Positions 1 to 13,465 of a stretch of DNA of 64,000 nt are shown here, piece after piece. Origin of the DNA: Psammoneis japonica (taxonomy: Eukaryota); assembly GCA_008632985.1 (NCBI GenBank), contig QPGO01000033.1, forward strand, positions 434,001 through 498,000. Direction: 5' to 3'. The notes beneath the pieces are model-generated. The model was given only the letters and a program-made list of their open reading frames with translations. It made no database searches and was not told the DNA's origin. Both the position numbers and the translations under genes were made by a program. How positions within the stretch are numbered: the stretch's first letter is position 1; each line of letters begins with the position of its first letter.

Positions 1-399
1 TGCACGCTGCACACCGCCACCTGAGCACAGGTTTCCAAGGTCCAATCATCTTCAGGCATGACATCAGTGTCCGGTTTGAGTGCATTGCAGAAGCAATGAA
101 AGTCTTCTTGTCTGCCATGCTCGTGCTTGTGCAAATGGAACAAGTGGACAAACATCTTGGCCAAGTGACGCCCAATCAGCTTGTCAACCATGTTGCAGCA
201 CAGCCTTTTGCAATGGCCCACCAACAGCAGCAGCATTCGGGCAGTGACACCCAAAAAACAAGGACCTGGTGCACATGCGTGCATTGCACACTGCACCAAA
301 ACCAGCTCAAGATGGTTGAGCCAAAGTGTCAAAGCAAGACAAAGGCACAGGCAACCATGTGGCTTGCTCACCTTTGCTCAATGTGTTGCCAAGGCAGCG

Positions 400-572
400 A
401 CAAGACACATCAAATCACTGGTGGTTGCTGACACATCTGCCCAGAATGTTGTCGCAGGCATCTTTTTTTTATCACATCATTGCAGACACATCAAATTGCT
501 GGTGGTTGCTGACACATCTGTCTAGAATGTTGTTGCAGGCATCTTGTTTTTTCATCACATCATTGCAGACCT
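400..572. repeat. Tandem duplication of an ~80-bp unit
   Basis: agacacatcaaatYRctggtggttgctgacacatctg...cagaatgttgtYgcaggcatctt...atcacatcattgcagac occurs twice in succession. Confidence 0.8.
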
Positions 573-1507
573 TGCACATCTGGCAGTCAATGGCACATGT
601 TGTTTCAACCTTCCATTTTCGGGGTCTTGTTCCAGACTGGACAGGCTGACCACTTGGCTGTTGTGCCATTTTTGGCATCATCATGATGCTTGCAATTGTG
701 GCCTGGAACTTCAAACATCTCACTTGGACATCCAACATTCTGCATTGTCTTGGGGTCCAGAGTGTTTCCAAATTTGGAGCTGCAATCAGGGTGAGTGGGA
801 TCAGCAAATGGAGGGGATGCTGCTGGCCTTTGGGGATGAATGCACCATTTTGCACAGCTGCACTGGCTTTTTTCATGGCGCAAATGAACACAGGATTTGG
901 AACATGGGTGCTTGACTTGTTGGACTTGGGCAACCAGGTGGCTTTAAAGAATGCTGGGGTGACTGTGTCTGTCATCACAGTGGTTGGCTGGCTTTTGACA
1001 TTTCACTGATTTCTTTTCTGGAGCAGCATTGAATTTACATCCACACTTTGTTCCAGCTTTGATGCCAGACCAATCAACATCTTTTGCCAACGTGGCAGCT
1101 TCTTTGTCATCATGGATGACTGTTGTGGCTGTTGTTGCAATGCACAAGTGTTTTGGGGTTGCACAGATGATGCGGGGCAGGAGAGATGCAGGGAGAAGCA
1201 CAAACCTGTTGAATCCATTTGTCAAGAAACTGATCAGGCACTGGCCATGTCCATGCTCACCACAGTGCAACAAGTGAGCTTGATGCTTGGCCTGCAGCCA
1301 GAAGTGAGTTTTGGAGACATTGTTCAGGATGCAGTCTACACTGAGTCAACCTTGGTTGATCAGAGCAAGCTGCTTGTCCCTGGAAAGTTTGAACTGTTCA
1401 TTGTTGTTGAACTTCTCCAAAAAAAAAACATGATTGAAAATGAGCTGCTTGTGCAGAGAAGCAGGCAAGGAATGGCGCAAGTGCCAGAACACCAGTGGGA
1501 AGCCAAT

Positions 1508-1901
1508 GACACATTCCAGCCTTGGGTGGGAGCTTCCAGTGTGGACGTGTGACACAAATGTTTTTTGTCATCCGTCACATGTTTTGCACACACATTTCTG
1601 TGTGTTGTCACACAAAAATTGTTCCACACTGCCCATTTTGCAAAGCCCCAAACATTTCATTCGGTGCATTTGTGGGAACATCAATGCACCCAATGCACTC
1701 TTGAATGCATGAAGAGTCCATTGGGTCAAGTGAAAAATGATGTGCTTCCATCATGGACGAGTTGGTGTTTTTGCAAAATTGTCTCTTTTTCTGTTGGCGA
1801 TCATTGGCACATTCATCACCTGACAATTTTGCTGCAGAGCTCGCACACAGAATTCTGTGGGCCCAATGATGTGCCAGTTCCACCTGCATCTGGGACGTGT
1901 C
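1508..1901 (-). mobile_element. MITE copy, subfamily A
   Basis: Reverse complement of the 55432 and 56928 copies; ends GACACATTCCAG...CTGGGACGTGTC; TSD CAAT at 1504-1507 and 1902-1905. Confidence 0.85.
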
Positions 1902-1948
1902 CAATGGGTGACATGGGAAGGCAGAAGCAATTGTTGGAGGCATTGGCA

Positions 1949-2235
1949 GACACGTGTTTCAGGGGACAGGACTCCGTGTGACATTGGGCCCACAGAATTC
2001 TGTGTGTGAGCGCTCCGCAGTGCAAGAACACATTTGATGGATGCACTTGTCTCCAACATCATCAAATAAACGGCCAAGTTTGCGGCACATTTGTGCCTGT
2101 CCATGCTCAAAGTTTTTGAAAAACCACCTGCCCCGTGCCACTCTGAAGATGTTTAAAAGTGGCACAGAAGAAAAAAATGTCAAAAGTTGTTGAATGGGGG
2201 ATCGCCCAACTGTTGCACTGCAAAATGACACTAAA
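1949..2235 (+). mobile_element. Truncated MITE copy, subfamily B
   Basis: ggactccgtgtgacattgggcccacagaattc...caacatcatcaaataaacggccaagtttg...aaaaatgtcaaaagttg matches the 59810 and 36498 copies; right TIR not found; ends approximate. Confidence 0.7.
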
Positions 2236-2486
2236 TTCCACCAAAGTCACCCCACCCATTTTTTTTTTGCTTGACATCCATTTTTTTTGCTGGCGGCAAG
2301 CCCAATTTTTGTGTGTGGACATCAGTGTGTCACATGTTGTGCAATCAATGCCAACACATTGTGCACACATGGATTTGTTGCACGTGAAAAATGCAGAACC
2401 TGTGAGAAAAAAAATGTGCCCACATGCACGAATGTTTGAGGTTTCAAAATTTTTTGTGACTTGTCAAAATGCGACAACAATGGCAA

Positions 2487-2645
2487 CCACGAATGCAACA
2501 CAATCCATCAATGGCCATGAACTCGCCATGACACTGACACATGTGTCGACAGTGCACATTTTGTTTCATGCCACGAATGCAACACAATCCATCAATGGCC
2601 ACAAACTTGCCATGACACTGACACATTGTGTCAACAGCGCACAAT
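2487..2645. repeat. Tandem duplication of an ~84-bp unit
   Basis: ccacgaatgcaacacaatccatcaatggccaYRaactYgccatgacactgacacat... repeated at 2487 and 2571. Confidence 0.85.
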
Positions 2646-4479
2646 TCATTTCACATGTGCATGCCTTGCTGTGCTTTGATGTTGATTTGTCACAGCAAAA
2701 ACAGCTAAAATGTTGAATTTTTTTGCACATCGCTTTTCGACTGCACAAGTCAACAACAAGCCCGTTGCACTCTCACATGTCAACACTGCCGCACATGAGT
2801 TGAGGAGATGTGACACACGCTGTTGATTGTTGTGGCTCTTTGGGACAATGCTGTTGAGAAAACGGCAACCACAGAGTTGCCATGGTGTGGTGGTTTCCAG
2901 AGTTTCCAGCTGCATGCAGTGCACCAATGGCAAATTCACAGCGCTGAAACTGAGTCGTGCTTGTCGAGTTGGCGTGGCTGCCGCTTCACACATCATGTGC
3001 CAGCCATTCTCAGTGGCGAGGCCGCCAGAAAAAAAGGATGTTTGGCAGAAAAAAAGAGACTCAGCCAAAGTCACATGGAAATGTGCATGTGCAACATCAG
3101 GCACAATCCAAAAAACTGTGGTTGACACCACAGCTCAGCAGCGCGAGGTCCTGCCCAGAGCTGGAGCTCGTTGGCAATGCTGTTGCCAACAGCAGCAGCA
3201 GAAGAAGGAAGCATCACAGTTGTTGTCATTGTCACCATCAGGGAATTGGTGCACGGTGAAGAGAGCATGTCATGCCACAGCAGAAAAGTGCCAAACAGAG
3301 CATGCTGTTGTCGTCACATCTGCGCCGGCGCTGACAAAAGGGAAGCGGCTGAGGTGGTCCATGGCAGCTGCGTGAGAGTGGCAGAAACTGCTTCAATGGG
3401 TGCAAGAGAGGCAAGCAGCTTTTCCACCTTGGTTGTGTCAGGCTAGGGATGAGAGCTCAGTGTGCTGGACAGAGCTTCAAAAGCTGAAGTGGCAGCACCA
3501 GCAAGAAAGTGCCGCCACCCAATCTTGGCTTTGTGGCTCAACACCGACGGAGATGACACACAGGCAAAGAGGGTGGAGGAGTCACTGCACATGACTTGGA
3601 AGGCCCTTTGTGAACGTGTTTTTTTTCTTGTTGTGACTGTCAGAATGACGAAGCTTGCAACGTTTCGAGCAACGCTCAGCCCCCCCACATCGCCTGAAGG
3701 GGGGCGCAAAACAGCAGCAAGAGATGAGGGCACAACACATGTTGCAAAATGCAGGCATGCATTGTTGGGTGTTGTTGTGGGCACTTGCCACATGGACACT
3801 GTTGTGCTGTTTTGTTGTTGTTGTGAGCGGTCTTGAGTGGGACCGTTGGCATGCAAAATTTTGAAAATTTCGAGTGTTGAGTTCAAATTTTCATGAAACA
3901 TCGGTCAGGAATGCTGCATGTGTCCAACAGATGGATCGGCCATTACTTAACGCACCTGACGTGAGTATGACGCACGCTTGTTGACTCCTTTCCGGGACGT
4001 TCAGAGAAAGTCATAATTATTTGTCGTTTCGGAATAATTGAATAAATGTTCTTTGTTCTTTTGTACAAGACTGTTTCTCTACTGTACAACATAATATCAT
4101 ATGTCCAGTCCTGGATGAAGTGGAGAAGTCGAAAATTTGAATACCATACACCGTAAAAAATTTAAAGTAATCTTTGAACTACAGAACTGAGAAATAAAAA
4201 TAGTAAATGTGTAAATACATAACTTCATTAAAATGTTTTAACATTGACTGTACTGCACGGAATACAGTTGGCAGAGGCACATTATTTTTTTTTAGAACGC
4301 ACACAAGATTGATTCGTCGTGACATCTCAAAAGTCACAAATTCCACATGGTCCCCATCCCCACCAGTACCGTACTATCTCTTGTACCTCGGCGGTGAAAT
4401 CTTCCTTTGTTTGAACCCCTCCGTTTTCCTTGCTTACCATAGAGGCGTCGAACTATCGTACTCTTGGGCGTGGCGAATC

Positions 4480-7400
4480 ATGCGATCCATCTCTTTGCTA
4501 ACGCTCGCAATTACGAGCTGCATCCCCAAGGAGGTGGTTGGACTCACCATGCCTCTCAATAGGGAGTGTGATTGGGTCCATACAAGGCTTGGACGGGCCC
4601 AACAGAACTGCATAGAGGAATATTTTGATCCATTCGAAAGCAAATCCTGGGTTGATGCTACAAACAATGAGTTTCATTTCGTTTTCACGTTGCTCAAGTT
4701 CAATCCTATTGGCGAGAAAACAGGCGTCTACTTTAAGACAGACTTACTGACGTGGGCGAGGCTCATTACAATCAAAGTTTGTGGTGCAGATGCCTCGCAG
4801 GTCGCGCAAGACTTTCTGGGTCTCAAGTTCTACTACGGTGCCATTGTGCTTGTCTTGAACCCAATTTATTGGGTGCTCAAGGCACTTTCGTATGCGCCCA
4901 AGATCGGCCCGTTCTTCAAAGGGCTTTCCAGGGGCTTTGAGCAACCTTTCAAGATTTTTCAGAATCTGGAAAAGCAGTTGTACGATAAATGCGACAAAGC
5001 TAACACAATTGTTTCCAATATTTTTCGAATCATTGACTTTCTGTGGTATGTGGTAAGTAATCTTCGAAACGGTCGAAACAAAGGAAAAGGCAATACAATA
5101 GCATAATTGTCTTCTGAGCTCATCGTCGTTTGATTGCCTTCGTCACCGTACATCATTCAGCAAATGGCCAGTTACATTATTGATGACCTTATCATCCCTG
5201 CCAGCAATATGGCAATCTGTCACAGCGTCAACACCAAGGTCAAGGAACTTATTGATGATGACAATGGCGATTGCAGCAATAGGAGGTTGAGCCAGAGAAG
5301 ATACCTTAGTCCAGCAAACTCGACCGAGACGACACGCCGTTTGGCAACAAAAGCGAAGTTCAAGAAGGCTTTTGATGATAGACGAGCAGCGTTTGCAGTT
5401 GTTAAGAATGCAGCAGACGTGATCAATTCCACCATCACGGTTTTCAACGACATAGTCGAGCCCATTGAAAAGGTAATGGATCCCATAGGAGATAAACTGG
5501 AAGACGTGGCAGACGTTTTTCAGGACATCCTTGACTATATGGAAGATACGGGACTCGGAGGCCTTCTAGAGGACATGAGTGAAGTCTTGAAGTATATCCA
5601 ATGTGCTCTTTGTGATGCCATCGAGAAACTAATTGAAGACGGAATCAACGAAATTCTCAAGGCTGCTGGTTTGGGAACAATTGAAGATTTTGTTGATGAA
5701 CTGTTGGATCCTGTCTATGATCTACTCCCTGTGGACATTGATATAGACTTGTCCGCTTTCGACTTTTTGAATATTAGCAATGCCGTCCAAGACGTTGTGG
5801 AGGAAGTCGAAGAAGTTATCGACGAAGCCTCCGAGTTGGCAAATTTGGCTAGGTCGGTTTTCGATCCTTCCGTTGATGCAGCAGACGCGTTGGCAGAGAT
5901 TGACGCTGGCAGCGACAAGAAGTCTTACTTTGTCACCTCCGAAGATGGTCAAAGCGTCACCTTTTCTTGTCCAAATGATTTTCTGCCTGTTGTCGTCAGC
6001 GCTCAGCATACGACATATGCTTGCACCGAGGATTTAAGTGCGTTCATGCGCTTTCCTTGTGACACCAATAGTTGTACGGTGCAGTATTCCAACGTAGTGC
6101 TTTGTCCAGACATCGAGCCCGCTGGATTCGACAGATTTGGTTTGGTGACCCCTCAGATTCTGCACTCCACATATATCTGCTTCCACAAAAGCACGGATCC
6201 AAAGGATCTGGGGATCATCAATGATTTGCAGCAATACGAGTTGAACACTGGCATTATCTCTAGCAGTTTTTCGGGGCCGATGTTTCCGATATCGAACAAG
6301 CGGTCCCGAAAAATAAACGTGAACCGGTGGGCGCAGATTCAAGACCCCTACTGCACCCTTGACCGAGTTATCGAGTTAGACCACTGGGAAAGTAAGCCTG
6401 TACCAGAGGTGCAGAATGATCAAAAGTGGTACAACCGCGGGATTGGAACCTCGGATAATAAGTACTACCGCGACCTCGGAGTGTGGCTATTTGAAATTAA
6501 GACGGGCAATGAATTCGATCCTACCGATCCAAGTGATCCTGTCTTTGAAGAGTGGAAAGCCGACGACACAACCTTTGTATGGAGTTTTGATTGCTGTGAT
6601 GGATCAAAGAAGTTTAGTTGTCTTCCTGGCTTTTCAGACAGCGATGACTGTGATTTTGACGAGTTCTGTCCTAATCGGGATGGTTGCACTACCGGGAATT
6701 CCTGCGTTGCCGGCCCTTCCCGTATGTGGCCAGGTGAAGCAGACGGCTGCTCAAACGAGGCCGAAAGGAAAGCGGAGTATGATCGTCGAGCTCGGATTGT
6801 TGACGAGTACATTGAAATGTACAATACAGTTGTTGATGGCTGTGACAAATACGTCATACCAAGCTGTCGAGGGAGCACAAGGTGCTATATGAGTCAATGT
6901 CAACGATTGGAGTTCGACTATGCGTGTGTCTTCAAGCCCGATTTTGCTCGTCAAATCCTTTCGTTTGCCTTTACAATGTCTCGGAACCCCAACTCTCCTG
7001 TTAAAGTGGCAACTTGTGGGACCGGGCGCAAGATCCGGCTGGTCAAAGCGGAGATCGGCCGTGGCTTTAACTCTTGGGATGTTACGCAGTATCAAAATAG
7101 AAAATGCGACGCGCAGACTTGCACAATAGACCCAAATTTTCTTGCTGGAAAGGTGGGACTTGCAGACGAGCCTGAACCGCAAACGGTCCGAGTCGAGACT
7201 TATTGTGAGTGCCCGGCTGGGTTTGAGCCGGAACCGCTGGAGGATGGGACTTGCGTTCCCTGTGACGATGGCGCATATCGCAAAGAGGGCATGAGTCGAT
7301 GCCTTAACTGTCCGGAGGGAACGCATAGCAAAAACAGCTCTCTTACTGCACTTGACGATTGTGTCCCATGTGAAAAAGGAAGGTATAACAGTGAGACCGG

Positions 7401-10119
7401 CTCCATAGCATGCGAATTGTGTCCTCCCGGCAAGTACAATCCCACGGAAGGGGCTGTTTCGCTGGATGCTTGTCTTGAAGTGCCCCTCAGTCGCATCGCT
7501 TATGAAGACAGGTCTGGCTTCAAGGAATGTGACAAGGGCTATGGCAATTACCCCGACAACAGAGAGGAATGTTTCCCTTGTGGACAAGGACACATTCGAC
7601 CATTAGGGGAGGACATATGCAGACCTTGCGACCCAGGATCCTACTCCCGGGGACCTCATGGGGATGAATGTAAGCTGACAAATCCAGGTACATATCAGGC
7701 ACTTTCTGGACAAGCAGGCTTCGCGCTTGCTCCTGAGGACCACTATGTGAACATCAGCGGATCTTTTGATTTTTTCCCCTGTCCGGATGGTACAGTCACG
7801 GGACGCCAAGGTGCCGATTCTATCGATTTATGCTTGCCACCTCCGGTTGTTAACTATCCAGACTGTGGCAGCTTTACTAGCTGCGATGACCTTCTCTCTT
7901 TTCTTAATCTATCCGACTCAGTTCCTGGTGATGGATTATGCTTTGGCGACCCACGTTGGTGCGTGAATACAGCACTCTGCAATTTTGATGGCGGGGATTG
8001 CTGTCCAGAGACGTGCGTCCCTGCGCAGCTCCAGATTGATGACAACGAAACACAAGAAGTAAAAGACTTCCTCCAAGATTACTATGAATATTCTTGCCAC
8101 CCATCTACTTTTCGGTGTCTTGCACCACGTAACTTGAGCTTAATCGATTGTGATGGGCGTGGCGCTTTTGATCCGGTGTCGGACCCTTTTGTTAACGAAG
8201 CATGTCAACCCCGGAGTGAATCCTGGAGCAACGGTATTTGTAACCCAGATCAGAATTATGCCAACTGTGAATACGATGGAGGTGACTGCTGCATGAGCAC
8301 TTGTAAATTTTCGTCTCACAAAGGATCTTGCAGTCGGTCATCCTTACTCGATTGCAGAGATCCATTTGCAGGCATCGACAAGCTGGCACCAGTTTGGCAT
8401 GGTCTTCCAGAACCAACGTTGAACTTGCGGTGTGAAGCTATTCCTGACTGGGCTCCTGTGTCTGTTACTGACAATGACATCTGCTTTGATGCAGTTGTAT
8501 TGACTGAAGAAGAACGCCCTCAAGTCTGTGAGGCCTGGACGTACCTTCGTCGTTGGAACTCTACTGATCGAGGCGGTAACAACATTACTTACGAGCAAAC
8601 AATGAATATTGCGGCGGACGACGTACCCCCGGTCTGGCATAACTTCCCTCCCGACGTCACACGCGTATTTCTGAATGAGGCATCATTGCATCCCGATTCG
8701 ACGGGCTGGCCACAAGTGACAGAAGAATGCTCGATGCCTGTTGCTCTTACCTGGCAAGACAAGCTCGTTATTGACGAGATGCAATGCGGAGGCGAACGCT
8801 ACTTGGAACGAACATGGATGGCATTGGACAATTGTGGCAACATGGCCAAACGAATGCAACGCATTGATGCTTTGGTGACAGAATCTTCTGTAGCGTTTGG
8901 TGAGGCATGGAATTTGCAGTTTACGACCGTGGGTGGGGATTTATCTGCCAAGTCTCCGAGTATCTTACAAGGCGCCGTTGGGAGCAAGAGAGACGTTGAC
9001 CTCTATTCGATTTCAGTGGCAACAGGGGGTTGCGCCCAGTCCGCGGCGCCATATTCGGTTGTTGCTGGATCTGACGTAGACGCAAAGAAATCTCTTCTTG
9101 ACGAATGGGATCCTCGCCCAATATACTATGTGGACAAAGTCAAAGTGGAAAAAACCTACGAGTACCTTACCAAACAAGAAGCTATCTTGGATTGGACGAG
9201 TTTGGCGACGTCGATACGCAAGAAATCGCAAGATCTCGCCCATGCAGCTCTTCTGGGAGGACTTTTCGATGGATCCAGAAAGCAGGTATGCGAGCAGGTT
9301 GAAATGCCATGCAGGAACGACGCAAGCTCCGAACCGGCGCTTGTAGGATCGACGACGGGTTCCGTAACTCGCATTGCCCAGAACCTTACCTTGTCGGGCT
9401 CTTCGTCTTATTTGAACATATTCGAAGTGAGCATTTCGGATTTCCTTGTAGACGAAAAGCAGTGCGACGATACAAACTGGGAGTTTGATGTGCCCGGCAC
9501 GGCCTTGTTGATTGTCAATGTTCGAGGCAGTGCACGTGACACGACACACTCGTCTGGCTTGAAAAGCACCTACCGGTATCAATTTAAGCCCCCCATACTT
9601 AAAATGGGTGCCTTAAGGGCGGAGCAGCTTTTGGTGAACTTGCCGGACATTGTGGACGAGAAGATAAAGTTGGAAGGTGAAAAGAACGGCGCCACAGAAC
9701 TTCCGTTCTCGCTGCTGGCGCCCGGTCTTGATCTGGATCTTCGCTACCTTGTTGTCAAAGGTCAAGTAGCTGTGCAATCTCTCAACGCACAGAGAATCCA
9801 TGGCATTTGTAAAGGTCTGTGGTGGGGAAACGCTCCCTGTAGAGATACCAATCTCAAGTTAGATGGTGGGTGGAGTGAGTGGGGTGAATGCCATTCGACG
9901 GAACAAAATCCGTTGGAATGCCGGCGTGAACGGACTTGCTCAAGTCCCAACCCTGCCTTTGGAGGGAAGGACTGTCAAGGCGTCAAATCGGAAACCTGCA
10001 TCTGTAGTGGCAAGGGTGGAAAGAAAGGCGCAAAGGGCAAATCGAACAAGCAAAACATTTTCAGCAGATCGAGTAAATCCAAAGGGGGCAAAAAGGGGTG
10101 CAATGGTTTGCTTCTGTGA
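4480..10119 (+). CDS. Large secreted multidomain protein (~1840 aa): Cys-rich ephrin-receptor-like repeats, two LNR/Notch-like repeats, HYR-like repeats, choice-of-anchor-A-like domain, TSP1 domain, Lys/Gly tail
   Basis: Exon 4480-5052 (MRSISLLTLAITSC signal-like), intron 5053-5160 (GTAAGT..CAG, phase 0), exon 5161-10119. Motifs: CxxCPxGxY repeats, CNFDGGDCC, CEYDGGDCC, RTWMALDNCGN, LIVNV..SLLAP..GQVAVQSL, DGGWSEWGEC..RERTCSSPNPAFGGKDC. Domain names are recognised by eye. Confidence 0.85.
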
Positions 10120-10348
10120 GCAAGTGCATCATGTGTCATCTTTCTTCTTTAAATGTAATTTCGCAATATACATAGACTTCTATACTATCTTCTATCTTTG
10201 ACTAGCAACAACATGAATTTATTTTAAATAGATTCCATGGACAAATCAACGCCTTAAGTGCACAGCATTCGAAATGTTTTGGTAGGAGGCAGAGGGAGTC
10301 TCGACATGGGAGATGACATCGATGATTCGCAGCCGGAGGTTCAGTCTT

Positions 10349-11436
10349 TCACGATATTTCGAGTTTGGCGTCGGGACACCCAGCCTCGGCTTTGTATTGA
10401 TCAAATAAGCGCTGTAGACCATCGATGTAGCGATCGAGTAATTCAATTACCTGCTCGTCAGTTGGATTGGGTACCTTTTTGCAAGTAAGAGTGCCATTGG
10501 ATTGGTCGGCACCCACAGTATCTGGTACTGGCCAAATGGGATCACCCAAAACCACCGATACTTTTGCAGGGTATGGTATCGGCAGTCCATATTGCCCCCA
10601 AAAGAGAGTGAAACCTCCTTTCATGACCCTCGAAAGCTTCTCCAGCATCGTTCCAACAACGCTTGTGCCGTTTTTGCTGTTCTTGTTTCCATAGGTTGCT
10701 AAATGGTCAAAGAACTCATTACCACCAAAGACATAACACGGGACGAGACAAGCACCATTCTGCAAAGCCAACTTCATGAGACCATACCGCCTTGCTTTTA
10801 CTTTGTGTGTACCTCTTTCGGAAAGAAAGATTTCGGCAACGCCTCCGGGCAACATGTAGAGGTTTCGACCATTCGTTAGCTGCTTTTGGAGAGCTCGTCT
10901 GTTGGCTGAGCCGCCACCAACCCATCCGAGAATGTTGCGTAGAAACGGAAGGCTCATGGCTATATCGGTTGTACCTCCATAGCCATACATTTCACGCAAA
11001 TACTGGTCGCACATTGCAACCCAAATATATCCTTGTACAGGAATGACGCCATGAGGATGCATGCAGATGATTGAAAGCTTGCCCTTCATCTTGTCTCTGT
11101 CACCTTTCCATCTTGGTCCAAATTATGATGCAAGTCAAAGATTTCATAGAGTAGCTGAAAGATGCCACGCACCCACGGCCAGGTTCTTGCCGGGTAAAAC
11201 GTGAGCCAGATAGCCGCCACCAAGACAACCGCAGCGGCACGAAGAGACACCAAGGCCAAGAAGGGTGGCGTCATCAACATGATTGGTCCAAGATAAAAGA
11301 CAGACCCACAGATGGTTGCAACAACCCACGCCATGAATCGATTTGGCTTGGGATACCTCGAGCTCTTCGCCTTGACAAGATCTGTCGTGTACCCATAAGT
11401 GGTCGTGGCTGCTAGTTTTTCATTCTTTCCAGCCAT
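10349..11436 (-). CDS. DGAT2/MOGAT-family acyltransferase, frameshifted near 11090
   Basis: HPHG, PGGVAE, RRYGLMKLALQNGACLVPCYVFGGNE and VVLGDPI motifs; N-terminal TM part (11086-11436) lies in a different frame from the catalytic part (10349-11089). Confidence 0.85.
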
Positions 11437-12328
11437 GATTTTAGTTATTGAGTCTTCGAGCTACAGGATATGGTTGCAGCTTTTAACTAGTGTTCAGGAG
11501 AGACGCGTCCGATGGTGTAACCACAAGCAAATCTTTCAACAAGTGTTGATCGAAAGATGAGCAACGCAAGTGAGAAGTGAGAAAGAAAAAAATGAGAAAG
11601 CTGCCGATCGTGGGTTGTGATGGCGATAGGTGGAGGGAGTGACGTCGACAGTACTCGTAGTGCGCACCAGCAACATCATTAGCGCGAGTCAGGTTGGCGT
11701 TCAACTTCAACATGCGTGAAATCTTCGGTTCACCACGTGGAACGAGATCAAATTACTTTAGTTCTCTCTCTAGCTAGGAATAAAGCTAGTCAACAATGCT
11801 AGAGTAGTGCAGTCCTTTCTTTTAACTACTTGCATGTAGAACACAGATACAGAGAGAAAAAAGGCAACCCTCTAGCTTCCAGTCCCTCCCCTCTTCCAGC
11901 TCAGTTGCTCTCTGTTCGTGTTTGGTGCGAGAACATTTGGCAAGTGCAGTTTACTCGAGAATGAACAGAACAGCACAACTGCTCTTAATCCACGTTATAT
12001 TTTTTTGTTCATCATCTCGTTCACGCCAGTTTCTTTGTACTCTAGCTAGAGAGTCATCGGTCATCGCCGAGCGCCTCGCTGTCCGTCAGAACGGCATGTT
12101 GCGCCATTTTGGTCGTACATTTTCGTATTCAATGACATATTTAATCATTCAAAATTTCAAAAATTTAGATTTTAATATGGAAAAATTGATAATGAATACA
12201 ATATTGGATTCGGTATCTTTTAGAGTGACTCAGTCAGATCATATCGCAGCGAGGTGTCAATGAACTCTTCGTTAGATCGGAACCGCTCATCTGTTGGATT
12301 GTAGTGAGGAAGTACTTTCGTATTCATC

Positions 12329-13320
12329 ATGAAGCTCAAAAGTGCCATCTTTCCCTTGCTCATGGCCGTTGGTGTCCATGGCTTTGGATTTCAAGAGACT
12401 CCAACGAAAACGTTTCTTGCTCAGAAAAGTGCAGCAGATGCGAGACGACGGGTGCTCCCTTCGGGTATGTTTTTGACGACTGGATCTTGACGGAATTTTG
12501 TGCCTTTCTCGACGTACATGCGATTGTATCGCTTACACTATATTGCTCTTTTTTTGTAGAGAACGATTTTTCAAAAGTTGCAAAAGTGATGGCTTCCGCC
12601 GCACTCGTTTCGGTGCTTGGTTTTGGTAGTCCTGCCTTTGCCGATGGTGGTGCAAGTGTGGGCGCCAATGCAAAAATTACAACTGGTGGTGCGTCTACCT
12701 TACAGAGTGGTCGAACTATTGCAATCACCCGTGGTGTCAATCTAGATAACGCCGACTTTGGCGGACAGAATTTGAAAGGTGTTGCTTTTCAGCAGGTACA
12801 TATACTCAAAGCAATTTGCCATGTGATGTGCGACTGCGTCAAATTGCCTAACTTTACTCATGTCTTGCATGTATGCTTCAAACAAAGAGCATTGTTAGAG
12901 ATGCCAATTTCAAGGGAAGTAACTTGGTAGGATCATCTTTTTTCGATGCGACGCTGGACGGATCTGATTTTGAAGATTCCGACATGTCCTTGGCGAACGT
13001 TGAAATGGCGCAATTCAATCGAGCAAACTTAAAGGTTGGTCCTCTGTGTTTACTCCATGGGTTGATACGTTCAAAACGACTCAGTCTTTTCTCAAATTTG
13101 TTCCCATGCACTTTATATTTGTAAGAATGCGGTTGTGAGAGAAATGTACGTGTCGGGTGCGACGCTGTTTGAAGGCATCAAATCCATTGAAAATACCGAT
13201 TGGTCTGATACCATGCTTCGCAAGGATCAACAAAAATACCTGTGCGAGCATCCAACGGCCAAGGGGACTAATCCGACAACAGGAGTGGATACTCGTGAGA
13301 GTCTGATGTGCCTGGATTAG
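12329..13320 (+). CDS. Plastid thylakoid-lumen pentapeptide-repeat protein
   Basis: Exons 12329-12464, 12560-12795, 12888-13034, 13126-13320 with GT-AG introns; signal peptide ending VHG-F, lumen peptide ending PAFA, A(D/N)Fxx repeats, C-terminal KGTNPTTGVDTRESLMC. Confidence 0.9.
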
Positions 13321-13465
13321 ATCCCTTGCATGCAACGCACGAAAGAGCTAAAATCAGAGTAAGGTATACTTAAAGAATGACCCATCACCAATGCCATTGC
13401 ACTTTGATACAATTAACGCAAGGAGCAGATACAGTGGTACAAAAAAATTCTAGTCATGCAAGTGT

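Larger units (their letters stand above)
1..3940. mobile_element. Decayed transposon-derived block, TpA-depleted (and CpG-poor in the first ~1.5 kb)
   Basis: Only a handful of TA dinucleotides; many overlapping Cys/His-rich, Tyr-poor ORFs in all frames; contains MITE copies shared with the 36-60 kb region; TA-containing sequence resumes at ~3942. Family not identifiable. Confidence 0.7.

Noticed and set aside
400..2645. CRISPR-like or regularly spaced array
   Set aside because: Only two-unit tandem duplications and dispersed MITEs; no constant repeat with unique spacers, and the context is eukaryotic.
1..3900. Dozens of Cys/His-rich ORFs as real genes or metal-binding proteins (also 54-64 kb)
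   Set aside because: They overlap in all six frames and are explained by loss of TAA/TAG and Tyr codons in TpA-depleted repeat DNA.
4207..4479. Upstream extension of the 4207-5106 ORF
   Set aside because: AT-rich and UTR-like; the ATG at 4480 begins a signal-like peptide and is the more plausible start.
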